Position numbers and translations under genes: made by a program
Assembly (NCBI GenBank): GCA_973895155.1
Contig: OZ316897.1
Location: 9,881,832 to 9,945,831 of the forward strand
Reading direction: 5' to 3'
Length of the DNA: 64,000 bases
Source of the DNA: Marsupella aquatica
Taxonomy: Eukaryota; Plantae; Marchantiophyta
The notes under the pieces: generated by a model
What the model saw: the letters and a program-made list of their open reading frames with translations, nothing else
What the model was told of the DNA's origin: nothing
The model's database searches: none
Shown: positions 49,370 to 62,745 of the stretch, one piece after another
How the letters are laid out: each line of letters starts with the position of its first letter
Position numbering within the stretch: position 1 is the first letter of the stretch

Positions 49370-51190
49370 TGAGTGTCCCTGAATCAATTGACCAGTAACA
49401 AAAGTCCCCTAAGGCTCTTGATGCCTTCCAGACACTACCATGTTCCCCTATTTTGTTTGCCTTGAACGAAGTTTGATATAAATATGAATTAATCGATGGC
49501 TTTCCTGCTTTGATTGCAAGGGAATCGCCATGATTGCAAGGGAATCGCCAAACAGTTCGTGAGGAATTCCTTGGAAAATGATTTGATTCATAGAGACCTG
49601 GATCGCTCTTGTCTTGCTCTCCGCATGTTTTGGGCCTGAGTCTGGCTGTGTGGTACAGCCCACTCTCAGTTTTGTGCGATGACTGTCGTCGAACATTCAA
49701 GGATCTGCCTTCATCATCCGTTGTATCCGTCAACTGGTAATGATCACCAGTTATCGAGCCGTTCTTTCTTATCTATCTTAGTGCAGTGCCCGGACCGGCG
49801 GCTCGGACAGGAACGATGACTGGAGGTGCGTAAGCCGAAGCCGAGGGTCGAGGATTGATTTAGGTTTCCATGTTCAACACTCAACACTGGGCATCTTTGT
49901 CTTTTTGTCCTTTTGGCTTCATATACGTGTTTTGATTGCGGCCTTGCTGCACTTTACTTCGACAAGGCCACACTCTCGGGTCGAATCAATTCACCAAGGA
50001 GGCAGCAGATGGACCGGTCCGGCAAAGAGATCCGCGACAATCTGGCACGGATTTGTGTTTCCGTCACCCAGAACGAGGCGAACTCACGGCGCCGACTCCG
50101 GGTGGAAGCCTCCCCGATCGACATCCACTCTGGCCACATTGAGAGGTACAAACTATGTAGAGCCTTGTAACCGTAGACTTCAATTCATAGTTGCTGTTTC
50201 CCTCGTAGGAAACCTTACTTGAAGCCAGGTTCAATACATTTTTGACCAATTAGAAAGATCCTCTTCTTCACTTTCGCAATTACTGTTGCTTCAAGTCAGG
50301 TATGGTGGGCACTCCCGAAATTACCGGATCATCCTTGACTTTCCGTCGGCTGTGATTCCGACTATTAATGAGCTACCATGCTGTCATGCAGGCCTACCCA
50401 CTGAGTTGCAATTCAATCGGAAGAACCAGCTGTTCGGAACAAAGAGTTCGAATTCTTCCCTGGAGATGGGTCTTCTTACTTGGGTGCTAGTACCCCTGGC
50501 AATCGCTGCGATGCTGGCTGCCAGATACCACGAAGCCGGGCTCTCAGATGTACACCTGTGCGCCTTGTTCGCGATATGCTTTCTGACTCTCTTGCTGTAT
50601 CAGCGAAGCAAGTCATTTGGTTGGCATCTGGTTCGGCCCTCCTCACCCAATAGTGCTGTGTCAACGAGGATCAACGTACCGTTACGGAAGGTAATCCAAA
50701 GTTGAGACTTTTGACCTTAGCTTCTGTGAACGTTTCTGTCCAACGCTCCTTCTTGGTCAGCTCACTGGCCGCTTTCACCTTAATGAAGTCCTTCAGCAGT
50801 GGGAAGTCTTCGTCAAATCAAGTTTGCAAATGTGCAGCTGCAGTGAGGGCGTAGTTTACTTCTAGGGACAGATATATTCCTCCAACTAATAGATATGAAG
50901 AGTGGCTGCAACATATTCATTGAGGTCCACCAGTTCATCTTCTTTAAAGTCCACAGCCGTGAGAATCTCTTCAACAAAAAACTCTAGCTTTCCGGTGCCA
51001 GGGCTTATAATTTCCAAACGCAGTATTGATTTCCCCAAGAGTTCCGGCTCCATATGGCTTCAAACCAATACAAGGATCAAATCGTTCCTTCAAATTTTTC
51101 AATTTCTTGCGCGATCAGAGTACTCTCGAAAGCCTTTTAAGGTTTTGGGTAAAGGAGGCTACTTCGATTTGACAATTTCCTTCATATGGA
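49370..51190 (-). pseudogene. Second copy of the decayed F-box mosaic
   Basis: Collinear with about 38080-39640. Contains SMNQIIFQGIPHELFGDSLA..PLQS, an F-box-like motif. Confidence 0.5.
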
Positions 51191-51379
51191 GACGGAACTC
51201 TTGGGGAAATCAATACACATGCATCACCTCAAAGCCTTCTCCATGCATTTGATAGAGCCTCGCCTTTGCAGCAATGAATGTCAACGTAAGAACCGATCGT
51301 TGGCCGAGGCTGTTCTTGCAATTGAAAACAGCAGACTTGTAGTTCAGTATCTCGTTAGGCCAATTCGTCTTCCACATTA

Positions 51380-51620
51380 AGCTTGATGTGATGTTAGAGA
51401 CCAAAATCCTTTGCTATGAATATGTTCGGTTGCTCTTCACAGTGGAAATGATTAGTCTGTTTTCATTTCTCGATCTACCACACCGTGCAAATGGCATCTA
51501 CCTGCGTTTCTCAACCGGTGCCGCTAGTTTCTGCAGCTTCGTTCAACCCACTACACCGCCTATCCTTCTTAGCGAGCCCTGCTCCTTCACGCAACTCCAT
51601 CATGATGTAGACAACTTGAA
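51380..51620 (-). pseudogene. Second copy of the intronless CPK16/18/28-like fragment
   Basis: VVYIMMELREG..LAKKDRRCS, RCHLHGVVDREMK and AKDFGL*HHIK. Confidence 0.75.
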
Positions 51621-52071
51621 AATGTTTAAATGACACAATTCAACGCCGCAGTAGTCTGTCCAATCTAGAATTGATTCTCGTCTGATATCTTTGATTCACA
51701 TTGCCAGGAGCATCTGCTTCTTTTCTAAGGCTTTCAAAGCCACCTTGGACTTAGTAATCAAATCATTGCCAGAGTAAGGCTCAAACTTTGTGGCACCAGC
51801 AGCTCTTTTGTTGATTTCTTTGAAGTTATGTTGCCAACCAAATTTGGTGTGGTTGGAGACGACAGTGGTCACTCCTCAATATTGCCTTGTTTGTGCTCCT
51901 TGTGGGAGGCAGCTTGCTAGCTATTGTGATCGAAAGCAGTCATACCCATGGAATTCCAATGACTGAAGAGTGTGGTTGATCTCAAGGGTGTTTTTCTCTC
52001 TGTGGCATTTCCGTGATCCAGTATAAGAGCATAGTCCTTGACGTCTCTCTGTTTCTGACTTGTGGTCTTAG

Positions 52072-55000
52072 GTGAACAACTCCTTATATGAAATCTACAG
52101 AGCAGAGGGTAATCCGACCGTACAGGTTCTGTTTTTTCATGGCCTACAATCGGTGGAGGACTCAGATGCGCATGTGTCGACCTGGAAGTCCGAAGATGGC
52201 TCTCTTATTTGGCCACGGGAATGGTTAGCTCAGGCCTTTCCTGGCGCTCATATTTTCACCGTGTCTTATAATCAAGGTGTTCGAAACTTCGACATGGTTT
52301 TAGTGGGAGAAAACTTGACTTCAGATTTGATGGATGGAGGAATTGGGCAAGTGCCTTATTGCCCAGTTATGTTGGTAGGCTACTGTGTTGGGGGCTTGGT
52401 TCTTAAGCAGATATGCTTGCAAGCAAGGAAGAAGTTCTTTTCTGGTAAAACTTCCACAATTGACAAGGAGAAGCTTGGGAGGTTTCTGGACAATGTGAAG
52501 GGAATTTTCTATTACGGTACACCTCATCGTGGGAGCTCTGTGATTGATAACATAGCTGATGGCCCTTTGTTCAAATACTTCAAGGTCTTAAACAAGAAGG
52601 CAGCACGGTTGAATTCAGACTTTGACGACTTACGGGTTTCATATCCAAAGTGGAAGGTCTATGGACTTGGGGAAAGTGTGCCTACGATATCTGTAAGCAT
52701 GGATATCGTACCTTCTCTGATTGTTGTTATTATCGTCCCTCGTTGAGCTTAGGGAGTATCTTTGTGTATGACACAGTCAATCATTTGATGCACCAAATAC
52801 ACATTTACTTTTCGGTTTGGTGAGTAGGCAACTTGCTTGAATGCAAGTTTTGTGTCGAGTGAAGATGCCGTTGGTGTTCTTACGATGCTTCTAGCACGAT
52901 TTAACTCCATAACAACGAAAGTCTGCGCAAAATATTGACAACTTTGGTAAGCTCAGAGATGATTAAAGAAAAGGAAATCTATTCTCATATCTTTGGTGCA
53001 ATTTCTTGTGTGTTACATGTCCGCGTTACAAGGGCCTGTTCCAGAGCCTCGTAGTAGCTGTACCTGAAGGTACTTCAAGAGAAGGGGATGAGTTCCATGT
53101 AGTTGAGGCAGACCACAATTCAATATGCCAGCCACGAAATAAAGTGGATAGGAGATTCTACGCTCTCAAGAATCTGATCGATAGCATTCTCATTAACGTG
53201 GAGGTAAAGTTCGCTTTGTCAATATGCTAGAAGAAGGCGCCCTTAGTCATAATGGGTCAATTGTGTGTTCTCCTAATTTTAGTGATTTAAATTGTTTTTC
53301 CTTACCCGGAAAGCTCTATTTGATACAATGAATATTAATACACCTTTCGGTGTTGGGAAAAATCAGGACGAGAAAAAAGTGCGGGAAAAAAGTTCTTTGC
53401 AAGACGCTCATCCAGATAATTTCCAGCTTTTGCCTGAGGAAATAGTTGGCATGGACGCTCAAGTGCAAGTCATTGTGGGCAAGTTGGTTCGCGTGAGGAA
53501 ACTTGGCTTTGCAGGGATGGGAGGATTGGGGAAGACCACTCTCGCAAAGGCAGTCTTCAATCATTTGTGCTCTAGATTTGAGTATACTTGTTTTGTTCCC
53601 GATATGAAGCTAATCGCTGGGTCACCAAGCGATGCAATGCAAGCAATATGGGAACAAATGCATCACCATGGCAAGAAAGTGGGAAGAGAGTCTAGTTTTA
53701 GAGGCAAAGAATTATTGCTTGTTTTAGACGACATCTCTCTTCGAGATGAGAAAGTTTTACGGGAATTAGCTCATGCTTCAGCTCCAGAAAGCAGATTCGT
53801 TGCGACCTCTCGTAATGAAGACTATTTGAGCAACTTGGATGAAGTTTTTGATGTTCCTTTCTTGCAAAGTAAGAACGCAGAAGAATTATTCATCAGGTAT
53901 GCTTTTCCAAACCAAGCAGTCCCACCGCTGGAATTGCAAACTGTGATGAACGATATTATCGAGAAGTGTGATCGGTTGCCTCTTACATTGGAAGTTCTAG
54001 GAAAGTACCTGAAGAGGAAAAGAGACGTCGAGCATTGGGAGCAGACTTTGAGTGCACTCAAAAACGCAGAGGAAATAAGCAGCTTGAATGAGAGATTATG
54101 GGAAAAACTACGGCCCAGTTTTGATGATCTGAGCTATACTGAGAAGCAGATCTTCTTGGATGCTGCGACGTTTTTCTCCACGATCGAAGGATCCACTTTC
54201 GGAAGATGGACGTTAAGAGAAGCCAAGGCAGCATGGAGGGCAGCTTATGGTGGAAGCGAACAGCTACTTTGGCAAACATTGGTGGACAGATCTCTTGTGT
54301 ACTCTGTCGGCGAAAACGACACTATCAAACTTCATGAACAGCTGCAAAGCTTGGGACAAAAGATAGCACGTGAGCCAAGTAATATTAGCAAGTGCAGGGT
54401 CTTCGACGGAAAGGTGGGATTAAAAATGCTCCAAAATACCACCGAAGAGTTGGGTGGACAGGTACGTCGCATAATTAAATTTACAGGACAAATTATGATG
54501 TGCTCTTGAAGGTTGTGTGGCGTGCATTTGAGAAGTAGCTGCTGTGATGCAGAGTAGAGTTTCAAAGCATTTTTTCAATCATGGCAGATCTGCGATGTGC
54601 TGGTGAATTGGTTTCCATGTCCACATAACCATGACGACAGTCGTCGCTTGAATGACTCTTTTCTGAGCCGACTGGTGTTGTGGTTTTGACATCCAGGAGA
54701 TTCATGCCCTTCGGGTGGATTTGGGTTCACCTTTTTCACCGCCCACCCAGCTCCCAAAAGCCGCTCTTTCTAAACTCAAGAAAGTGCAGTTCTTCGAGGC
54801 AGATGGTCCTGTCACAATTGACGGCTCCAGGGATGGTGCGTCAGTCCTAACCGAGGTCGTTCTGCTCGGATGTGTTGGTCAACACCTTTTTAACCCAGAT
54901 CGCCAAATTCGACTGGCCGTTTTGGATCTCAACTGGCCGCTGGAAGACCCGCTGCCAAGTTCTATTGGGCAACTGGAGCGCTTAAAGCATCTGAAGATCA

Positions 55001-55902
55001 ACTACTATCTAGCGGGGACGGTTCCGAGTACCTTCGGGCAACTGAGGTCCCTGCAACGGCTCACCATTAATTTTGCCGTTTGCTTGGAAAGTTTGCCAGA
55101 GTCCTTTGGACAGTTGTCCTCTTTGAATTATCTTAAATTCGTTGGCTGCTTGGACTTGCACAGCTTGCCTGAGTCCTTCGGAGATCTCAAGGAGTTGCAC
55201 TCGCTGGAATTCACTCAACTTGAAAAATTGGAAAGCTTGCCTGCATCCTTCGGACGGCTTAGGCAGTTACAGTCGCTGAAATTCAATTCGTGTTCAAAAT
55301 TGACAAGCTTGCCTGAATCCTTCGGGCAGCTCAAGGCGTTACACCTGCTGCAATTACGTTTGTGTCCAGTATTGATAAGACTGCCTGAATCCTTTGGGCA
55401 ACTTATCACGTTAACCGACTTAGAATTACAATGCCAGAATTTGCGCTACCTCCCTGAATCTTTTGGGCATCTCACAAAACTGCAACGGTTGGCGACAGAC
55501 GTCAACATCGAGAGTCTGCCGGATTCAGTCGGAAACTTCAAGGCTCTGCGTGATCTGGTCATTGGTTATTATTCTGCTTCAAGCATTCCCGACTGGATCA
55601 AATTTTTGCCGTCATTGGAGACACTCACTCTCTTCTTTCATCGTGATATGGTGGAGCCACTGCCACCATGGTTGATGACACCGAATGTGCCAAGTAAACT
55701 TTCTTCAGGAGCAAGAATTCTCTTTAGAGTACTAGATGGGGGCTTCTTCTTATCTTTAAAGCGCGATGCAATTGACGTTACAAGGATGAAACAAGACTTG
55801 TCGAGTTTGCTAGAGTTGAATGCGAAGAACTCATTGAGTTCGGTAGACTTTAGTAGGAAGGCAAAAGATATTTTGGGAGTACATATTGAGAAACCTCAGT
55901 GA
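52072..55902 (+). CDS. Alpha/beta-hydrolase-NB-ARC-LRR immune receptor, copy B (start codon not resolved)
   Basis: Exons 52072-52692, 53033-53203, 53367-54461 and 54697-55902. Same motifs as copy A, except GLPL reads RLPL; about 10 LRRs. Confidence 0.88.
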
Positions 55903-57764
55903 GTTTGGTTGAGGTACAGTACTTTCTCACTGAGCTTATTGAGTTTTGTGTTAGATATCTAGAATATCAAGCCCGGATGGACCCAGGCCGGGGATTCTTC
56001 TGCCCATCCCCATGGACTATGCAAACTCATGGGTCAACTCACCGTTTGTTCTGCCCATCCCCATGGATTGTGCAAAGTCATCGGTCAATTTACACGGAAA
56101 AAATTGACTGACTACTTTTGGAAGGACAGTTCATTTTAGGTGAAGAGATCTCGAGTAGTTTTTCCGCCCAGGGCTGAATAGAACGTTTCGTGCATCTAAA
56201 CCATTACATTGTGATTTGAAAAATAGTCGAGAGCATCTCCCCATTAAGTCATGACGTGCACTGAATTTTTTTTTTAACTGACAGATATCGAACTACCTTC
56301 TCGTCTCAAATTACGAGACACAATTAGAGAGATCGACATGGAGAGATGTAAGACAAGACTATGAGAATATTAAGTGTTCTGTTATTCCTCAAGAATAAGC
56401 TGTGCTGTTCTTTGTCAAAGATACAGGTTTGAACAGTTGGCATTTGAAATCAGCGTTCGTCTCAACAATGCCCGTTAAATAGCCCCGCGAACAAATGTTA
56501 CTTCAATATACGAGGATCTAAACATTTTGATCTCAGTGGTCACGAAGACAAGATTGCGTGCAGAACGTGGACAGCTCCTTAGCAATAATGCAAAAGTACT
56601 TGGACAGAGTTGAATCCACACGTAAAATATGCATGAGTTACAGATACACGGAAGAACGTGAAGAGGAGCAGGGCACTGTGGCCAAGTGTAAGTTTCACCA
56701 AAGTGGTTCAGGTAATCCAGCTAATCGAAAGACAACCAACTGCAAGGCTTATCATCCGACTGCCCGTGACATCTTCAGATCAAAACACAAGTACATGCAT
56801 CGTAAGTGTCAAACTTCCCAGACATTCACCATCACCGGAACTCGGAACTCGGCCCCCATCGCTGCAAGACTTCAATACTGATCGCCGCGTTCTGGGTGTC
56901 TGACATTTTCCGGAAGCCATGGAGAAACCTGGACGGAGTTTGGGCCAGCCCTTCATATAGCAGGATACATACTTGTGTATGGAGCATGTACAGCTTTTAA
57001 AAAAGTGCCAATTCATAGTTGGCTGCAAATGCAACAAGTCTGGCACAGAGGGTGCAGCATCGGATACCTTCTTTGGAGGCACCACTTCGGTACAAATCAG
57101 GACAAAAGATACGCAGGTCACAAACTATCTAAAAGGACATTCTGGAGAATGTTTGGACTATTAAGCAACCTCTCACCAGAAATTAAAACCGAAGACTCAA
57201 ACTGGATATCATGAAGTGTATATAAGTTCAGAAAACTAGTCGGGAGTCACCTGTCGGAAGTTGAACATGTTGCAAGATCACGGCACAGGTCAGCAACGTC
57301 AGTACTTTGTGGTTACCTAGGTGTGGAGGAATAAACTTGAAAACCAGGTTGATAAGAAAATGGGCAATTTATTACTCTTCCAATTGATATTTCTGAGACT
57401 AACTGCCCAATGAATCCTCAACATAGGCTTCTCTATTAGGTGTCCATTAAATTCTCCACACTTGCATATCACACTTATCAATGATGACATTGTCTCATCT
57501 GCAACACCGTGCGGTCCTTTCAATCATTTATTAATCCTTAACTCTATATTCAGCTGCCCCAAACCTTTCGCAGAGAATGAATCAAAATACGAACATAACA
57601 AAGAATAGATGACTAAAGGACATATATAGGAGCTGACCTCACGGAAAGCAAGTTCAGAATCTGGTATTTACTGTTTCCAACTAAAACTAACTTTTTAAAA
57701 TAATTGTTACAAAATTTCACGGTATTACCCTTTAAACGTCATTTGTGTCCTTCCAGGACATATA

Positions 57765-58170
57765 TCTTACTATAAAAACGTCAATTGAGGTCTATTTTTA
57801 AGAACCTAGGTCTAGAATGAAGCCTCTAGACTGTAACTCTATGGTCATCATGTGCATGTAAAAAACTAGTGACATGACTATGATTTATATCAACTGGTAC
57901 ATGCAAATTTTTTGTGATAAATTTTAAGTATTTACATTCAAAAAAAATGGTACTATGGCCCCACCACAACATAGTGCATAGAAGATGGATGTGTATACAA
58001 AAAGATTGATGTGCACATAAGAGAGAATGATATATTATATATGATTATTAAAATGATGAGTATTTTATCATTTTATTAACTTCAAAGAATATGAATAAAT
58101 AATATATTTTGATAATATTTTTATTATCCTCTCCGCTATTGACACTCAAAGAACGGGTAGTCGGGGCTAG
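57765..58170 (+). mobile_element. Non-autonomous mini-Helitron (about 406 bp)
   Basis: Starts TCTTACTATAAAA after an A and ends CTAG before a T. An imperfect hairpin (CCGCTATTGA-CAC-TCAAAGAACGG) lies about 11 nt before the CTAG, and the interior is AT-rich. Confidence 0.55.
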
Positions 58171-58289
58171 TACTGATACAAGATACATATAACATGGCAT
58201 ATATGTATTCAGAGATCATTATTCATAGATCCAAGAGCAAAGTTATCTTAATAGATTTTGTGCATCATAATACTAGTACTACTATTACC

Positions 58290-59140
58290 GTGGAGATGAG
58301 TGTCCCTATGGTCCCCTAAAGCTATTGATGCCTTCTAGACACGGTGCGCTATTTTGTTTGCCTTATACGGAGTTCGACTTATTATGAATTCATCGATCGA
58401 TGGTTTTCCTGCTTTGATTGCAGGGGAATCGCAAAAGACTTAGTGAAGAATTCCTCGGAAAATGATTTGATTCTGTACATAGAGACCCCCGATCGCTCTT
58501 CTCTTGCTCGCCTTAGCGTTCGTGGACCGCATGTTTTGGGCCAGAGTCTGGCTGCGTCGATCCTCTGTGGGACAACCCTGTCGTTTCAATCAGGTCTGCG
58601 CGATGACTGGTTTCGAACATTCAAGGATCTGCCTTCCTCATCCGTTGTATCCTTCAACTGATAATGATCACCACTGTCGAGCCGAGCTATCCGGGCTTTC
58701 GTTCTTATCTATCTTATTGCAGTGGCCGGACCGGCGCGTCTACAGGAACGATAACTGGAGGTGCGTAATGCCGAAGCCGAGGGTCGTGGCTTGATTGAGG
58801 TTTACATCTTCAACACTCGGCATCTTTGTCCTTTTGTCCTTTTGGCGTCGTAGCCCTTGTTTTGATTGCGGCCTTGCTGTACTTTACCTCGACAAGGACA
58901 CACTTCTCGCAGGTCGAATCAATTTACCGAGGAGGCAGCCTCCAATTTAGATGGACCGGTCCGGCAAAGAGATTCGTGACAAACTGGCACGGATTTGTGT
59001 TTCCCTCACCTAGAACGAGGCGAAGTCACGGCGCCGGCTCCGGGTGGAAGCTCGCCATCCACTCTGGCCACATCGAGAGGTAGAAATTATGTAGAACCGT
59101 GCCTCCGTCGACGTTAATTTATAGTTGCTGTTTCCCTCGG
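58290..59140 (-). pseudogene. Third, truncated copy of the F-box mosaic
   Basis: Collinear with about 38120-38820 and 49400-50205, then joins directly to NLR intron-1 sequence. Confidence 0.5.
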
Positions 59141-59335
59141 TGAGTCAAGTGTCAACGTCAAGTGAAGATGCCGTTGGTGTTCTTACGATGCTTCTAGCAC
59201 GATGTAACTCCATAACAACGAAAGTCTGCGCAAAATATTGACAACTTTGGTAAGCTCAGAGATGTTTAAAGAAAAGGAAATTCATTCTCATATCTTTGGT
59301 GCAATTTCTTGCGTGTTACATGTCCGCGTTACGAG

Positions 59336-62187
59336 GGCCTGTTCCAGAGCCCCGTAGTAGCTGTACCTGAAGCTACTTCAAGAGAAGGGGATGAGTTCCA
59401 TGTAGTTGCTCAGGCAGACCACAATTCAATATGCCAGCCACGAGATAAAGTGGATAGGAGATTCTCCGCTCTCAAAAACCTCATCGATAGCATTCTCATT
59501 AACGTGGAGGTAAAGTTCGCTTTATAAATATGCTAGAAGAAGGCGCCCGCAGTCATAATGTGTCAAACTGTGTGTTCTCCTAATTTTGTGATTTAAATTG
59601 TTTTTCCTTACCCGGAAGGCGCTATTTGATACAATCTATATTAATACACTTTTCGTTGTTGGGAAAAATCAGGAAGAGAAAAAAGTGCGGGAAGAAAGTT
59701 CTTTGCAAGACGCTCATCCAGATAATTTCCAGCTTTTGCCTGAGGAAATAGTTGGCATGGACGCCCAAGTCCGAGCCATTGTGGGCAAGTTGGTTAGCGT
59801 GAGGAAACTTGGCTTTGCAGGGATGGGAGGATTGGGGAAGACCACTCTCGCAAAGGCAGTCTTCAATCATTTGTGCTATAGATTTGAGTATACTTGTTTT
59901 GTTCCCGATATGAAGCTAATCGCTGGGTCACCAAGGGATGCAATGCAAGCAATATGGGAACATATGCATCACCATGGCAAGAAAGTGGAACGAAAGTCTA
60001 GTTTAAGAGGCAAAGAGTTGTTACTTGTTTTAGACGACATCTCTCTTCGAGATGAGAAAGTTTTACGTGAATTAGCTCATGATTCAGCTCCAGAAAGCAG
60101 ATTCATTGCGACGCTCGTGATGAAGACCTTTTGAGGAGCTTAGATGAGGTTTTTGTTGTTCCTTTCTTACAAAGTAATAATGCAGAAGCATTATTCTTGA
60201 AGTGTGCCTTTCCGAACCAAGCAGTCCCAGCCCCGGAGTTGGAAATTGTTATAAACGAGATTATTATGCAATGTGCTGGGTTGCCTCTTACATTGGAAGT
60301 TCTCGGAAAGTTCTTGAAGAGGAAAACAAAGGTCGAGGCCTGGGAGCAGACTCTGGAAGCACTCAGAGAAGCAGAGGAAATAAGCAGTTTGAATGAGAGA
60401 TTATGGGAAAAACTACGGCCAAGTTTTGATGATCTGACCGATATTGAGCAGAAGATCTTCTTGGATGCTGCGACGTTTCTCCCCACGAGGCCCGCCACGA
60501 GCGGATGGACTTTCAGAAGATGGACGTTAACCGAAGCCAAGGCAGCATGGAAGGAAGCTTATGGTGAAAGCGAACAGCTACTTTGGGACACATTGGTGGA
60601 CAGATCTCTTGTGTACTCTGTCGACGACAACGACACGATCAAAGTACATGAACAGCTGCAAAGCTTGGGACAAAAGATAGCACGTGAGCCAAGTAATATT
60701 GGCAAGTGCAGGGTTTGGGATGGGGAGGTGGGGTGCAAAATGCTCCAAACGACCACCGAAGAGTTGGATGGCGAGGTACGTCGCGTAAGCAAATTTACAG
60801 GACAAATATGATGTGCTCTTGGAGGTTATGTGGCCTGCATTTGAGAAGAAGCTGCTGTGATGCAGAAATTGATGAGTTTGGAAAGCATGTGTTCAGTCAT
60901 GGCAAATCTGGGATGTGCTGGTCATTTGATTTCCATGTCCACATAACCATGACGACAGTCGTCCCTTGAATGATTTTTGTCTGAGCCGACGGGTGTCGTG
61001 GTTTTGACATGCAGGGAATTCATGCCTTGCGGATGAGTACACCCACTGATACAAAGTGCATCCAGCTCGCAAAAGCTGCTCTTTCTAAACTCAAGAAAGT
61101 GCAGTTCTTGGAGTCAGATGGCCCTGTCACAATTGATGGCTCTAGGGATGGTGCGTCAGTGCCAACCGAGGTTGTCTTGCTCAGATGCGTTGGTCAAGAC
61201 CTTTTTAACCCAACTCTCCAGACTCGGCTGGCCATTTTGGATCTTGAGTGGCCGCTGGAAGACCCGCTTCCCCCGTCTATTGAGCAACTGGAGCGCTTAA
61301 ATCATCTGAAGATCAGCAACTATCTAGCGCGGACGGTTCCGAATTCCTTCGGGGCACTGAGGTCCCTGCAACAGCTCACTATTCATTTTGCGGTTTCCTT
61401 GGAAGGCTTGCCAGAATCGTTTGGAGATTTGTCCTCGTTGAAGTATCTTAAATTCGTTGCCTGCTTGAACTTGCACAGCTTGCCTGAGTCCTTCGGACAC
61501 CTCAAGGAGTTATGCTTGCTGGAATTCCGTGTGTGTCCAAGATTGGAAAGCTTGCCTGAATGCTTCGGGGAGCTTTCCAAATTAACCGAGTTGGCCTTAG
61601 AATGCGAAAATTTGGGCTACCTCCCTGAATCCTTTAAGGATCTCACAAAACTGCAACGGTTGAAGATAGACGCCAACATTGAGACGTTGCCGGATTCAGT
61701 CGGACACTTCGAGGCTCTGCATGATCTGGAAATTGCTTATCATTCAACTACAAGCATTCCACACTGGATCAAAACTTTGCCGTCATTGCAGACACTGAGA
61801 CTCGTCTTTCGTCGTGATCTGGTGGAGCCCTTGCCACCGTGGTTGATGACACCGAATTTGCAGAGTAAAGTTTCTTCAGGAGCAAGAATTGTCTTTACAG
61901 TACGAGATGGGGAATTCTTATTTGCGAACCTCGAAGCACATTGGCAGGTGGACATGATCTCACGAAAAATTATGAGTTGTGTAGACACGATTTCACGAAG
62001 AGGACCTTTGTGTTTGATCGAAGAGATCTCACGAAACTTCGACCAGTGGAGAGTTGTCTCACGAATCTTATGGAGTTTGGTAGACTTCAGTAGGATCCCA
62101 GGAAAAGAAGCCCACAGTTTAGTAAAAGAGATGCTCGTAAGTACGACAAATATATATCAAAATTTGCTAAACACAAAGGGAACATAA
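59336..62187 (+). pseudogene. Hydrolase-NLR copy C: main hydrolase exon deleted, 1-nt frameshift in RNBS-B
   Basis: Exons approx. 59336-59509, 59672-60775 and 61015-62187. GCGACGCTCGTGATGAAGAC versus GCGACCTCTCGTAATGAAGAC in copies A and B splits the ORF (59598-60134 and 60131-60811); about 8 LRRs. Confidence 0.85.
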
Positions 62188-62438
62188 AGGGCTCCCATCT
62201 GGGAGATGTGATCCCTTCCGCAAAAGACCCAATCAAGGGGGTTTTAAAGGAAACGTGAGTTTGGTAGAATAGATGCCCAATCAAGGGTAGAGTCTCGAGT
62301 TTGGTAGAATAGATGTGACTGTACTGCAAAGTGCAGAGATTTATATTAAAAAAATTTGGAATTAACTTTTGAACATTATAAAGAACAAAATACATTAAAA
62401 TAAGTATAAATAATATAAGTTTTTAATTATCAAAATTT

Positions 62439-62745
62439 TTTCTTTTTTTTTGTCTTGAATGGAAATGGGGAGGAAATACAATTAGACTCCCCCCACCCCA
62501 CTGTGACAGTTTTCTTGTAGGGAACCCAGACCAGGGTGAGCCCCAAGGGATCCAACAGGGACCACACCAGGAAGGAGAGAAGATTACCTCAAGGCCACAA
62601 AGTGGGCAACCAGGGGCCGAGCTCCAATCCACTACCTACAAAACCCATCCCACCCATACACATATACCCTCCACACCCGAGTGTGTGGAGGGGGGATTGA
62701 ATCTGAGGACCTGTCAGTTCTAGGCAAATCCCCTAGCCAATTGGT
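62439..62745 (-). mobile_element. tRNA-derived SINE
   Basis: The minus strand begins ..CAATTGGCTAGGGG..CAGATTCAATCCCC (degenerate A and B boxes) and ends in an A-rich tail. A direct repeat TCAAAATTT flanks it at 62430-62438 and 62746-62754. Confidence 0.6.

Noticed and set aside
56558-57214. Cluster of short ORFs on both strands
   Set aside because: No recognisable motif or consistent exon chain.
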